Part shown: piece by piece, positions 37,377 through 46,654 of the stretch
Numbering within the stretch: position 1 is the first letter of the stretch
Layout: each line of letters opens with the position of its first letter
Source of the DNA: Thaumarchaeota archaeon UBA164
GTDB lineage: Archaea > Thermoproteota > Nitrososphaeria > Conexivisphaerales > UBA164
Assembly (NCBI GenBank): GCA_002499005.1
Contig: DAJU01000010.1
Span: forward strand, 73,750-137,749
Direction: 5' to 3'
DNA length: 64,000 nt
The notes under the pieces: model-generated
Told to the model about the DNA's origin: nothing
The model's database searches: none
What the model saw: only the letters and a program-made list of their open reading frames with translations
Translations under genes and position numbers: made by a program

Positions 37377-38378
37377 CTACTTCAACGGATCTGCAAGCCC
37401 CTTTGCTAAAAGATAAACAGCCGCAGACAAAGGCAAAGTTACATCCTCCTGTTTAAACGGGCCGTACCAAGTTCCCTTTATATAAAACCTTGGAGCATAA
37501 ATCACCCTTACCTTTGTGGGCTCATCTGGAAGCATAACGCAGCTTGTCAGCGGGTCACATTCCTGAACATCATCGCACCTGCACTTTGTTATTCCGCTTT
37601 CATCATGAAGACTTCCAGGGAGCCTGAAAACCCTTTTTATATCCATTGTTACGTTTGGGTCTATGGCCACTCTTTCGACGGCTCTGTCATATAAAAGAGA
37701 TGTGTTTGGCGTGTTTGCTTCAAACCGCTTGCTGTCATACCCATTAAGCGTTAAATAGTCTATTATTTCTGCCCTTTCTCTCTGGCTAAGCGTTATTATC
37801 TCTCTAGAATTTACATGAACATGAAATCCATGATCTCCTGAAAAATAAACCGTTATGTCTCGGTTTGAAAAACCAAACCTTTCCGTCAATACGCTAACGA
37901 GCAATGCGGTAGCCGCCTTGACGTCAGCCATGCATTTATCACATACCCATTCCGTTTCAATGATGGACTGAGAGCCGCATTTTGGGCATGCCGGCGGTCC
38001 CTTGCCAGCTCCAATTTCGCCGCATATGCCGCAAACCCAAAACGTGTTCTCCCTGGCTGCTTCGCTAACGTCCTTCATGTCCAAGTCAAAAACTAGATCG
38101 CTCCCTTCCCATCCTTTTATATCCATTGGAGCCGTTGGATCCTTATAGTAGGCCACTGAGCTGTAAATGGATCTCGGCACATTTCTTATAATATATGCCA
38201 GGAGTTCACCTCTGTTCCTAAACTGCATATGTCTTATCATGCTTCCTGAAAAGTCTTTAAACCCAAACTCCCTTTTGCTTATTTCAAAAGGTTCCTCTAT
38301 AACGCTGCTTCGATTAAAGTAATACCATCTGTAAGCTGACTTAAGAAGCTGCAGGCGTGGAGTTTCCGACATACTCAT
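37377..38378 (-). CDS. priS: DNA primase small (catalytic) subunit PriS
   Basis: 333 aa. Catalytic VFDLDMKD, FSGDHGFHVHV, Zn knuckle CGICG...CPKCG. Confidence 0.88.
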   Translation of the reverse strand: MSMSETPRLQLLKSAYRWYYFNRSSVIEEPFEISKREFGFKDFSGSMIRHMQFRNRGELLAYIIRNVPRSIYSSVAYYKDPTAPMDIKGWEGSDLVFDLDMKDVSEAARENTFWVCGICGEIGAGKGPPACPKCGSQSIIETEWVCDKCMADVKAATALLVSVLTERFGFSNRDITVYFSGDHGFHVHVNSREIITLSQRERAEIIDYLTLNGYDSKRFEANTPNTSLLYDRAVERVAIDPNVTMDIKRVFRLPGSLHDESGITKCRCDDVQECDPLTSCVMLPDEPTKVRVIYAPRFYIKGTWYGPFKQEDVTLPLSAAVYLLAKGLADPLK

Positions 38379-40539
38379 AGATCAGGACCTGTGCCCATAT
38401 TCCATTTGACGTAATGCTCAAAGGTGACGCGTAAACAAGCCTGAACGGGGTTGAATTGGTGCCGTAATATATGTTATACGCCCAAACTGGCAACTGGTAA
38501 AGGCCTGTATTGTTTAACTGGTTTTGGGTTATCCCAACTACCTGACCCGTTGAGGGATCGATCTGTGCCCATCCAAGGTACTGCAAAGGTTCAAGCCTCC
38601 CAAGCAATGTATCATTCCAGAAGTATGGAGTTAAAAGCCCAGTTGACTTGTTTATCCATACCGATTCGTTGTTTGTCCATCCAGCCCACACAAGCATGGC
38701 GCTTACCTTGCTTTCATCGCCTCCAATTCCGTAAAGCTCACCTGAAAGCTGGTAACCCTGAAGGTACTGGTCACCTGTTAATAAGTTAGCATAGGCTCCG
38801 GTTGCAAATACCACAACGTACTGCCCGTGAAGCATCTTGAAGTAATGTATTGCCTGGTTAGGAGGCGAGAGGAACATTTTGGCCACGAGGCCAATTTGCG
38901 TTCCGTTAAGCGTTGCGTTATCAACAACCGTGGTCTGGTTGCCCATTACAGTTATCCAGTAGCCGTAGTCCCACCAAGCTACGACAACTGAATGAGGTGG
39001 CATATTAGAGGAGTTTGACATCCACTTTAGCGCGTCTATCCAAGCTGGCACATATCCGTTAAGTATTGTTGCTGAATTTGCTATGGTTACTGGTGAATTA
39101 TTTGCAGGGTACCAGTAATATATTGGGACCGCCGCTAACGATATAAGAAAAGCCGCAGCGGCATATTTTTCAGCCCTGTAGCCTATGGATGGGCCTTTAG
39201 GCGCAGGCTGCCGCGCTTTCTTTTTTACAGGCCGCGCCGCTGCTGGAGCTGGGGCTATTGATGTATAAACATAATATACCCCAATGGGCGCGCCGATTAT
39301 TATCGCCATGCCTATAAAGTCAAGAAGCTCCCCAAAAGCAGATCCTATGTAGAAGCTCCATATGAGAAGTATTGCTGTAGCTAAAGACCCTATGGTTTTC
39401 TTTTTAATCAGATAATAGCCGCCTAGCGCGGTTAAAAGCGCTCCAAACCCGTACATAAAGTCCAGCTCAAGTCCAGAAACTGGAAGTTGCTCTGCAACCG
39501 TGCTTACCACGCTTGGCTTTGTCCTTATGAACAGGTCAATTACAGAGAGATACCGCAGGTTAACCAGCTTTGGCAGAAAATAAGCTATGCCAGCAAGGCC
39601 TCCAATACCAAGCACGAAGAGAATGGCATATAGCGCAGGCTGTGGCATTATCTTCTTTTCCTGATTTATATAGGCCAGCGCGTTTAATATCAACGAAAGA
39701 TAAAGAAGCAGCATGGTCGCTGAATAGATCCAGGAACGACCAGGGTCTGGAAATATGGCCGCTACCATTGCCCCTATCGTGTAAAGCAATTCAAGCGAAA
39801 TCGTCTTTCTGCTTATCTTTATAAGAAGTGGAGCCGCAAGAAATGCGAGACCAATAACCCCGTTAATGTTCTCTGCGCCTCCCCAGACAGTATACGAATA
39901 ACCTACCACAAGGCCCGCTAAAAGCGATAGCGCATAAGGATATTTGTCTTTGTCAAAGGCATAAATTAAAAGCATGAATGCTAATGGCATAAGAAGAAAG
40001 TCGAGAGGCGTTCCCTTGTACCACCCAAAGTCAGTTCTGGTTATCAGGCCTGGTATGCCAAGGCTTAACACGGCAACCAGTAGTCCAATGTACTTGTTGC
40101 CTGTTAAGGATTTTACAATGAAGTACATTGGTATTAATGCTATTATCCCCTCGAAAATAGGGAGAACAACCACAAAGTTGTAAAGCGAAATCTTGAGTCC
40201 GATCCCGCTTACCAGCAAGTAAAGCGTTGCGGTAAAAAAGTAAAGGCCGTCTGGAGATGTGGTAGCTATGTGTCTTCCCCAAGGATACCAAAAGTAAGGT
40301 GACACATAGCTAAAGAATTTCCCTATGCCTGAAAGGCCGTACTGCTGAAGAAAGCTTACCAGCACGCTTGTCGCATAATAGTGGTAAAATGGGTCAAATT
40401 CATTTAAATAGACCCCATACTTGGCGGGCATGAGCCTTATGTATATGTTTGCTGCTAGCAAAGCTGCAAACGTAATGATTGCCAGTGAGTCAGCGAGGCT
40501 GAGACGCGGCCAGTGAATCCTTGGGTTTACTGTGGCCAT
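38341..40539 (-). CDS. aglB: oligosaccharyltransferase AglB (STT3 family)
   Basis: 732 aa, about 13 N-terminal TM helices, WWDYGYW catalytic motif. 3' end overlaps the priS start by 38 nt. Confidence 0.9.
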   Translation of the reverse strand: MATVNPRIHWPRLSLADSLAIITFAALLAANIYIRLMPAKYGVYLNEFDPFYHYYATSVLVSFLQQYGLSGIGKFFSYVSPYFWYPWGRHIATTSPDGLYFFTATLYLLVSGIGLKISLYNFVVVLPIFEGIIALIPMYFIVKSLTGNKYIGLLVAVLSLGIPGLITRTDFGWYKGTPLDFLLMPLAFMLLIYAFDKDKYPYALSLLAGLVVGYSYTVWGGAENINGVIGLAFLAAPLLIKISRKTISLELLYTIGAMVAAIFPDPGRSWIYSATMLLLYLSLILNALAYINQEKKIMPQPALYAILFVLGIGGLAGIAYFLPKLVNLRYLSVIDLFIRTKPSVVSTVAEQLPVSGLELDFMYGFGALLTALGGYYLIKKKTIGSLATAILLIWSFYIGSAFGELLDFIGMAIIIGAPIGVYYVYTSIAPAPAAARPVKKKARQPAPKGPSIGYRAEKYAAAAFLISLAAVPIYYWYPANNSPVTIANSATILNGYVPAWIDALKWMSNSSNMPPHSVVVAWWDYGYWITVMGNQTTVVDNATLNGTQIGLVAKMFLSPPNQAIHYFKMLHGQYVVVFATGAYANLLTGDQYLQGYQLSGELYGIGGDESKVSAMLVWAGWTNNESVWINKSTGLLTPYFWNDTLLGRLEPLQYLGWAQIDPSTGQVVGITQNQLNNTGLYQLPVWAYNIYYGTNSTPFRLVYASPLSITSNGIWAQVLIYEYVGNSTPAAS

Positions 40540-40638
40540 TGAGTAGAGGTATTAATCCCATTTATTTTTATCCTTTTGCTTTTTTATAAGGGAATGCCAG
40601 TGCGAATGGTTTTAAGCCTGTGTCATGTAAATACCCTT

Positions 40639-41196
40639 ATGGAGGACATAATAAACATGATAAAGGAAGCCCTTCAGGCTGAGCTTGAAAATGATGGCCT
40701 GACCGAGCTTCCGCAGGACTTTTACGGGATAGCAGCGCTCAGGATAAAGCAGCTAAGGCTTTATGAGCTCACCGGCGTTTCCGACGATGTTAAGGAGGCC
40801 GCTAAGGGCCTAAGGGAACTTCTTGTCAGCATGATCTTTGACCTTATAGACCTGCGGGCAAAAAAGATGCTTGATGAATGCCTGAAAAGGGGAATCCCTC
40901 AGACGGACGTTTATGAGAGGCCGCTTGCAGAAGCGCTTGCCAGGTTTTTGAAGGAAGTGGATTTGCTAAAGGGGGCTGTTCTTGAAGGCAACGTAAAGGA
41001 CCTTCAGGATAGGTACAGGTCTTACAGGTCTGGCTACAGGCTTGTTAGATTTAACGCTGGCATAGATAGGTTTGTGGGAATAGACCTGGTTGAGTATGGG
41101 CCATTTGAACAGGGCGACGTTGTAGTTATGCCGTTTGAAAATGCGAAAACGTTAATAGAGAAGAAGATTGTTGAGGACTTGGGAGGCGTGCAATGA
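40639..41196 (+). CDS. GINS subunit (Gins15/Gins51 type)
   Basis: About 185 aa from ATG 40639 (ORF is open from TTG 40576). LQAELENDGLTELPQDFYGIAALRIKQL fits the GINS A-domain start. Lies immediately upstream of L44e-S27e-aIF2alpha and near priS, as reported for Sulfolobus gins15. Confidence 0.55.
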   Translation: MEDIINMIKEALQAELENDGLTELPQDFYGIAALRIKQLRLYELTGVSDDVKEAAKGLRELLVSMIFDLIDLRAKKMLDECLKRGIPQTDVYERPLAEALARFLKEVDLLKGAVLEGNVKDLQDRYRSYRSGYRLVRFNAGIDRFVGIDLVEYGPFEQGDVVVMPFENAKTLIEKKIVEDLGGVQ

Positions 41197-41483
41197 AGAT
41201 ACCGGACTTGATAAATACATACTGCCCTAAGTGCAAGAAGTATACTCAGCATGAGGTGTCCATATACAAGAAGGGCAAAGAAAGGTCGATGAGCCTGGGC
41301 GCAAGGTATCACGAAAAGGTAAAACATGGGTACGGAGGACAAAAATACCCGGAGCTTAAAAGAACAGCAAAGACAACAAAGAAGGTTACGCTTAAGCTCA
41401 AGTGTAAGGAGTGCGGCTATGTTATAGTGAAGGAAGGCATGAGACTAAGGAAGACGGAAATGGTTGAAAGCGTTAAGAGGTGA
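41193..41483 (+). CDS. rpl44e: 50S ribosomal protein L44e
   Basis: 96 aa. YCPKCKKYTQHEV...LKCKECGY Zn-ribbon, GGQKYP. Confidence 0.92.
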   Translation: MKIPDLINTYCPKCKKYTQHEVSIYKKGKERSMSLGARYHEKVKHGYGGQKYPELKRTAKTTKKVTLKLKCKECGYVIVKEGMRLRKTEMVESVKR

Positions 41484-41488
41484 AATAG

Positions 41489-41686
41489 ATGCCAATTATA
41501 AAGGATTTAATAATACAGCCAAGGAGCGCCTTCTTGGTGGTTCAGTGCCCAAAGTGCGGAACAGAAAAAATTCTGTTTTCACACACTACGCGCGAGATAA
41601 AATGTGAAAACTGCGGTGAAGTTTTGACCAAACCAACAGGCGGTAAGGCGGTCATTTACGGCAAGATAGTAAGGAGACTGGATTGA
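41489..41686 (+). CDS. rps27e: 30S ribosomal protein S27e
   Basis: 65 aa. FLVVQCPKCG...IKCENCGEVLTKPTGGKA. Confidence 0.92.
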   Translation: MPIIKDLIIQPRSAFLVVQCPKCGTEKILFSHTTREIKCENCGEVLTKPTGGKAVIYGKIVRRLD

Positions 41687-42447
41687 TAAGCTCACAGGGC
41701 TTTCCAGAAACCGGGGAAGTTGTCCTAGCGACTGTAGAGTCTGTCAGCCCATCTGGAGCCTGGGTTACCCTAGATGAGTACGGAGGGCTTAGGGCGTTTC
41801 TCCCTGAGAGTGAAGTATCCAGAGGCAGAGCCCGGTCAATTGACAGAATACTAAAGCCGAAGCAGAAGGTTATAGTGAAGGTTACAAACGTCGATCAGGC
41901 TAGGAGAATAGTGGACGTTTCAATCAAGCAACTAACTCAGGAGGAGGAAAGGCTCAAAAGGATCGAGGTTAAGAAGTCAAGGTGGGCTGAAAGCCTTTTT
42001 AACATAGCTGCGCAAAAGCTTGGAATAAAGGACGTTGATTCCCAAATAAAGCTGGTTCTAAAAAAATATGAAAGCCTTTACGATGCTGTTGAGGCGCTGC
42101 TAAACAAAGGCGCAGATGAATTTGTGGCTCTTGGTATTAACAGAAAGCTTGCTGAAGAAATATATGAACTGGCAAAGGAAAGGTTTGCTCAACAAAAGGT
42201 GTCAATTGTTAAAACTCTTGAAATATACAGCCCCGAGCCAGACGGAATAGAGGTTGTAAAAAGCTCCCTGATAAGCGCAATTTCAGCGCTTCCAGCGGGT
42301 TCAGCAAAGGTCACATATGTCAGCTCTCCAAAGTACAGGCTAGAGATCCTTGCGGACGATTATAAGGCCGCTGAGAAACTTCTTAAAAGGTTTGAGGAAG
42401 AGGTAGAAAGGGCCGGAAGCGGAAAGGTCCTATACAGGATACTTTGA
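41683..42447 (+). CDS. eif2a: translation initiation factor aIF-2 alpha subunit
   Basis: 254 aa. N-terminal S1 domain (PETGEVVLATVESVSPSGAWVTLDEYGGLRAFLPESEVS), helical and alpha-beta C-domains. Confidence 0.9.
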   Translation: MISSQGFPETGEVVLATVESVSPSGAWVTLDEYGGLRAFLPESEVSRGRARSIDRILKPKQKVIVKVTNVDQARRIVDVSIKQLTQEEERLKRIEVKKSRWAESLFNIAAQKLGIKDVDSQIKLVLKKYESLYDAVEALLNKGADEFVALGINRKLAEEIYELAKERFAQQKVSIVKTLEIYSPEPDGIEVVKSSLISAISALPAGSAKVTYVSSPKYRLEILADDYKAAEKLLKRFEEEVERAGSGKVLYRIL

Positions 42448-42456
42448 TTTGTGAAG

Positions 42457-42612
42457 ATGAAAAAGTATATAAGAAAATGCGTTTCCTGCGGCAGATATAC
42501 TATGAAAGAGACTTGCCCTGTATGCGGCGCGCCTACAAAGAGCGCACATCCCCCACCTTTTTCACCTGATGATAAGTACCTGAAGTACAGGCTCAGCCCT
42601 GCTGAACCTTAA
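42457..42612 (+). CDS. nop10: H/ACA RNP protein Nop10
   Basis: 51 aa, below the ORF-track cutoff: MKKYIRKCVSCGRYTMKETCPVCGAPTKSAHPPPFSPDDKYLKYRLSPAEP*. Canonical position after aIF2alpha. Confidence 0.88.
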   Translation: MKKYIRKCVSCGRYTMKETCPVCGAPTKSAHPPPFSPDDKYLKYRLSPAEP

Positions 42613-42627
42613 ACTGACTTCGCGCCA

Positions 42628-42981
42628 TTAATGGCGAGGCTTTCTGCTCACATTAAAGTAAACTCCCAGCGCAGTAGCAACGGTTATGCCGTTCTGTTCA
42701 GCCCTTGCCTCTGCGTAAGCAAGGTTTTTGCCGTACCAGATGGCCTTTGCTTCAGCAACGAGCGGCCCTTCCTTTGCAGGCTGCACGAAGTTTACTGAAA
42801 TGCTGGATGTTACGTACCCCTTAAACAGGGTGCCCATGGCTACGTCTAAAATAGCCGTAATCACCGCGCCATGAACTATGCCGTATTTGTTAAGGTGCCG
42901 CCTATCGCACAAAAGCTCAGCCTTCCCTTCGCCAGCCTTTATCCCTATTTCTTCGCTAAACATATTTAGACCGGCCTGCAA
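42628..42981 (-). CDS. PaaI-type hotdog-fold thioesterase
   Basis: 117 aa. LNKYGIVHGAVITAILDVAMG matches the N..G.vHGG....l.D motif. Confidence 0.7.
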   Translation of the reverse strand: MQAGLNMFSEEIGIKAGEGKAELLCDRRHLNKYGIVHGAVITAILDVAMGTLFKGYVTSSISVNFVQPAKEGPLVAEAKAIWYGKNLAYAEARAEQNGITVATALGVYFNVSRKPRH

Positions 42982-42996
42982 TTCCCGATTTAACTT

Positions 42997-44142
42997 TTAT
43001 TGCATATCTATGCTGGCCAGCCGCGTTTCTGGCAACACATAGAACCCAGCTAGCGCTCCAATGCTTACTGCGCTTATAATTAAAAACGGAACAACAGCGC
43101 TTAGGCCTGATGAAAACGCAAGCGCAAGGACTAATGGTGACACTATTCCGCCAATTCTGCCCCACGCAAGCGCGTTGCCCAGGCCGGTCCCCCTGAGCTC
43201 CTTAGGATAAATCTCTGACGCAATTATAGTTATAAGCCCGAGACATGCCTCCATGCCAAAAGTAGACAAGAACATTGCGGCAAGAAGCCCGGAGCTGCTT
43301 AAAATCAACGGTATCAAAAGCTCTGATGCAGCCGCTACTGCCGCGTTGATCATGCCGAGAATACGTCTGCCAAGCCTATCTACAATTGGCGCCACCGCCA
43401 GCGCCCCTGAAAATGCGCCTATATTGGCTACAAGCAGGGCTACACCCCTTATAGCTTCGGGCATCTTAAAATACCCCCTGTAAATCAATGAGGGAAACCA
43501 TACCACAAGGCCATAAGTCGAAAAGAACACAAAAAAAGTGGTTGCAGAGGCCAGCATTGTTTTAACTCTTAGATCTTTGCTAAATATGGATCCGTTGTGA
43601 GGAGCGTATGATGTTTTAAGCGTTTCAGGCACCCATAATATTGGGACTAACAGCACCAATTGCGCAAGCCCAAAGTAAAAAATGTAGTTTATTGCCCTGA
43701 ATATTATAAACACCGGCGCCACCACAAATCCGAGGTTAAACATGGCGTTCCCAATGGCCATTATAAGGCCCCGTCTACCCGGATCCGACAGCTCATTCAT
43801 CATGGCGTTTGCAACGGGCACGTTTGCCCCTATCCCAAGCCCAGCTATGAAAAACCCGACGAAAAAGGCGTTTATGCCGCCGATGGCCGGGATAAAAGAT
43901 CCTACTGAATAAAGGCCTATGCTCATTGCAAGCGCCTGCCTCCGCCCTATAGAATCTGCTATACGGCCTGAAGCCAGAGAACCAAATAGCATCCCCAGGA
44001 ACTCAAACGAAAACAGGTAGCCCTCTAAGGTGTAAAGGTTTTTAGCAAAGTAAAAGGGCGAGACCACAGATGGCATTATCAATACGGTTCCCGCGGAAAG
44101 TTGCGTGAGGAAAAGATAGGTGTTGCTGCGCAGCCTGTTCAT
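42997..44142 (-). CDS. MFS transporter
   Basis: 381 aa, about 12 TM helices. GRIADSIGRR and DRLGRR loop motifs. Confidence 0.8.
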   Translation of the reverse strand: MNRLRSNTYLFLTQLSAGTVLIMPSVVSPFYFAKNLYTLEGYLFSFEFLGMLFGSLASGRIADSIGRRQALAMSIGLYSVGSFIPAIGGINAFFVGFFIAGLGIGANVPVANAMMNELSDPGRRGLIMAIGNAMFNLGFVVAPVFIIFRAINYIFYFGLAQLVLLVPILWVPETLKTSYAPHNGSIFSKDLRVKTMLASATTFFVFFSTYGLVVWFPSLIYRGYFKMPEAIRGVALLVANIGAFSGALAVAPIVDRLGRRILGMINAAVAAASELLIPLILSSSGLLAAMFLSTFGMEACLGLITIIASEIYPKELRGTGLGNALAWGRIGGIVSPLVLALAFSSGLSAVVPFLIISAVSIGALAGFYVLPETRLASIDMQ

Positions 44143-44249
44143 CTGTGGTGCACTCAGATAACTCTGTCAGGATTATGATATTAAGGTGTTGCAGTATCTT
44201 TAATACGCGGCTTCATAACCTACACAGCAATGCACAATTAGAGTTAAAT

Positions 44250-44858
44250 TCAGGCAGCCTGCTGAGCTACAGGCGTTAAAAGCTTTGTCACAAGCTTCAT
44301 TTTTATCAGGAGATAGCTCTTAATAGGATAAACCTTTTTGGCCTCCTCGGTCACCTTCTGCAGGAGGCTGCCTGAAAGCAATGAGGCCACAAGCTGATCA
44401 TAGTTCATGTTTGGTACTTCATCAGAAAGCGCCTTATCGGCCACAAGCCTGATCTTGTGTATCTTTGACCAGTTTATCTTATCCACTGTAAACAACGCAA
44501 CCTCCAGCCTCACTGTGTATGAATCATTTGTGCTGTATGTCCCCGTTACCTCAACAAGGGACGAGCCGCGCCTTATCATAGCCCTATAAACCTCCCTTGC
44601 GTATTCTATGCCCTTGACCTTTGTGTATGCCCTTCCCCCTTCAACCTTTATTATCTGAAGGTAAAGCTTTATGTTGTTGTTCTCAAAGTTGTCCTGGTAT
44701 ATCTGAAAAAGCGAAATTGGAACAACTCTGCCGATCACTGCCTGTTCCTCGTTTGCAGGTATGCTGGCTACCACCATATTCCCGAGTATTTCAGGAGCTA
44801 AAACGTCAACCCATACTTTTGACTTCCACTTGTCCTTTACCTTTGCGACCTTTGGCAT
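44250..44858 (-). CDS. rps3ae: 30S ribosomal protein S3Ae (S1e)
   Basis: MPKVAKVKDKWKSKVWVDVLAPE... Start set at the second Met (44858); ORF is open to 44882. Confidence 0.88.
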   Translation of the reverse strand: MPKVAKVKDKWKSKVWVDVLAPEILGNMVVASIPANEEQAVIGRVVPISLFQIYQDNFENNNIKLYLQIIKVEGGRAYTKVKGIEYAREVYRAMIRRGSSLVEVTGTYSTNDSYTVRLEVALFTVDKINWSKIHKIRLVADKALSDEVPNMNYDQLVASLLSGSLLQKVTEEAKKVYPIKSYLLIKMKLVTKLLTPVAQQAA

Positions 44859-44899
44859 ACGCAAACTCCTATAGGCAGGCATCTTTTATTCGTTTCTGT

Positions 44900-45673
44900 T
44901 CATTTAACATTATTCAACCATGAGCCTGCTACTGGCTTTGGAAAAAGAACAACTGGCTCTTCCGCTTTTGCAACTGGTTCAAAATAATACGTGTTTTTAT
45001 GCGCCTGCTTTACCTTGCTTACACACGTTCTAAGATAATCCGCGTATTGCTTTGCCTGAACCGCAAGATCAACCCTGAGCCTTAACTGTGGGTTAACGTA
45101 TTCCACAAACTTTGCTACCATGTATATCTCATTGCAATCAACAAGCCCTGGAAAAAGCACGGTTTCCGCTACAGTGGTTTGCGGATTAGCGTATTTCTTA
45201 AAGTTCGCAAGAACTATGGCGTTATCCTTTCCTGTTAATGCCAAATGAAGCGACGGCGTTATAGCCTTAATGCTAAACGTCATTCCATGCAGCAACGAAA
45301 TCAACCGGTCGTTAATGAGTTCCCCGTTTGTTATAAGCCATGGCTTTATGCCTGCCGCGACTAGGCCCTTTAGTATTGCAAAAATGGCTGGGTCATATGT
45401 TGGTTCTTCGCCGCCCAAGAATGCCGTATGCACGCCATTGCTAACAAGCATCTCTAACAGGGCATTAAGGGTTAACGTCTGGCCATAGCTTAGCGCCGAT
45501 TTCTTTTCCTGACTCAGGGATAGGCACCACCTAGAAACGCTCCTTGCAACGCAGTAAACGCAGTTCCACGTACAGCCGTTAAAGAAAAGATATGCGCTCC
45601 CATCGCTGAACTTAACTACATGATAAACTCTAGTCTTCTGGTCTGCGCTCATTTGCCCTGCGCCTTCTTTCAT
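44900..45673 (-). CDS. radical SAM domain protein, small (function unknown)
   Basis: 257 aa. CTWNCVYC (Cx3Cx2C) near the N-terminus, GGEP-like LGGEEPT. Confidence 0.65.
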   Translation of the reverse strand: MKEGAGQMSADQKTRVYHVVKFSDGSAYLFFNGCTWNCVYCVARSVSRWCLSLSQEKKSALSYGQTLTLNALLEMLVSNGVHTAFLGGEEPTYDPAIFAILKGLVAAGIKPWLITNGELINDRLISLLHGMTFSIKAITPSLHLALTGKDNAIVLANFKKYANPQTTVAETVLFPGLVDCNEIYMVAKFVEYVNPQLRLRVDLAVQAKQYADYLRTCVSKVKQAHKNTYYFEPVAKAEEPVVLFPKPVAGSWLNNVK

Positions 45674-46058
45674 GGCCTGACTCCCTGTACATGCTTGTTA
45701 GAAGCTCTGCCGCCTGCCTGTCAAGGTGAACATAAATGGGCCCAAGGGGGGATTCCTGCTCGTCATCGCAAAGGACAAGTTGCCCGGAGTACGCGGCCTG
45801 TCTATTAACCATGAATGTATACCCCTCACCTGATTTGCCAGCATTTATTAGCTCAAAGAGAAGGGCAAGCAGGCCCTTGCTGCTGAAAGTCCTGAAGAGC
45901 CTTATAACCGATTGCTCCCCTCCAGAGGCCTCTATCATGTCTTCTTGTTCACGCACGATGAGAGCTGGATCCTGAGGGTCAAGCACGTTGATCACAGCGC
46001 GCTTGACCTTTTCCTTGGACTCAGAGGGGTTTACCCGCGCTATCGCCTTTATATACAT
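45630..46058 (-). CDS. UPF0201/COG1931-like putative RNA-binding protein
   Basis: 142 aa. MYIKAIARVNPSESKEKVKRAVINVL resembles the UPF0201 N-terminus. 3' end overlaps the radical SAM gene by 44 nt. Confidence 0.45.
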   Translation of the reverse strand: MYIKAIARVNPSESKEKVKRAVINVLDPQDPALIVREQEDMIEASGGEQSVIRLFRTFSSKGLLALLFELINAGKSGEGYTFMVNRQAAYSGQLVLCDDEQESPLGPIYVHLDRQAAELLTSMYRESGHERRRRANERRPED

Positions 46059-46348
46059 CTAAAAAGCCTACAGCAGGCCTCCCTAAAACGGTTTTTGTCT
46101 TCATTTATTGGCAGGCGCTGGCCTTTGTTGATGTCCGTTTAACACGAAAAGCCTATGAAAGGATTTTATGAAGCCTTAATCGCGTGTTGCCTTTTTTAAC
46201 GGCAAACAGCGGCCCTCTCACCTCAGGCTAATGCCATGGCGCCCACTCATTAACATCAAAGCGGTAATTGAAGCATCTGGCCTTCGCCATTTCCGTTTAA
46301 AAATAAGCCCCCTGTTGCCCGCCAGTGTGCTGCACTAGCGCAAATTTG

Positions 46349-46618
46349 TCAGATCCTGTGCATGGCCTTAAAGATATCCTCGTGCTGAACAAGGACCTGC
46401 ACGCCCAGTTCCTTGGCTTTTCCTTCAAGCTTTGCCCTGAGCGGGTCAAGCTCGTTCCCCTGCACTTCTGCAAGCAACACCATTACAAAGAGATCCCTCA
46501 TCTGTGTTGAGGCAAGGTCCAGTATGTTGGCGTTGTTTTCAGCAAGTACAGATGAGATGCCTGCAACTATCCCAACCCTGTCCTTCCCGACCACAGTAAC
46601 AACGACCCTGTAGGGCAT
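46349..46618 (-). CDS. ACT domain protein (UPF0237 type)
   Basis: 89 aa. VVVTVVGKDRVGIVAGISSVLAENNANILD. Confidence 0.8.
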   Translation of the reverse strand: MPYRVVVTVVGKDRVGIVAGISSVLAENNANILDLASTQMRDLFVMVLLAEVQGNELDPLRAKLEGKAKELGVQVLVQHEDIFKAMHRI

Positions 46619-46654
46619 TGTCCATTGCTAAATAACGTTTGAATATAAAAGCTT

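Noticed and set aside
46059-46348. 290-nt intergenic region screened for a C/D-box sRNA (TTGATGT ... CTGA on the minus strand) and other RNAs
   Set aside because: The box sequences are off-consensus and there are no D'/C' boxes at the right spacing. Only a GTTGCC-9nt-GGCAAC hairpin stands out, which is insufficient to call an RNA gene.
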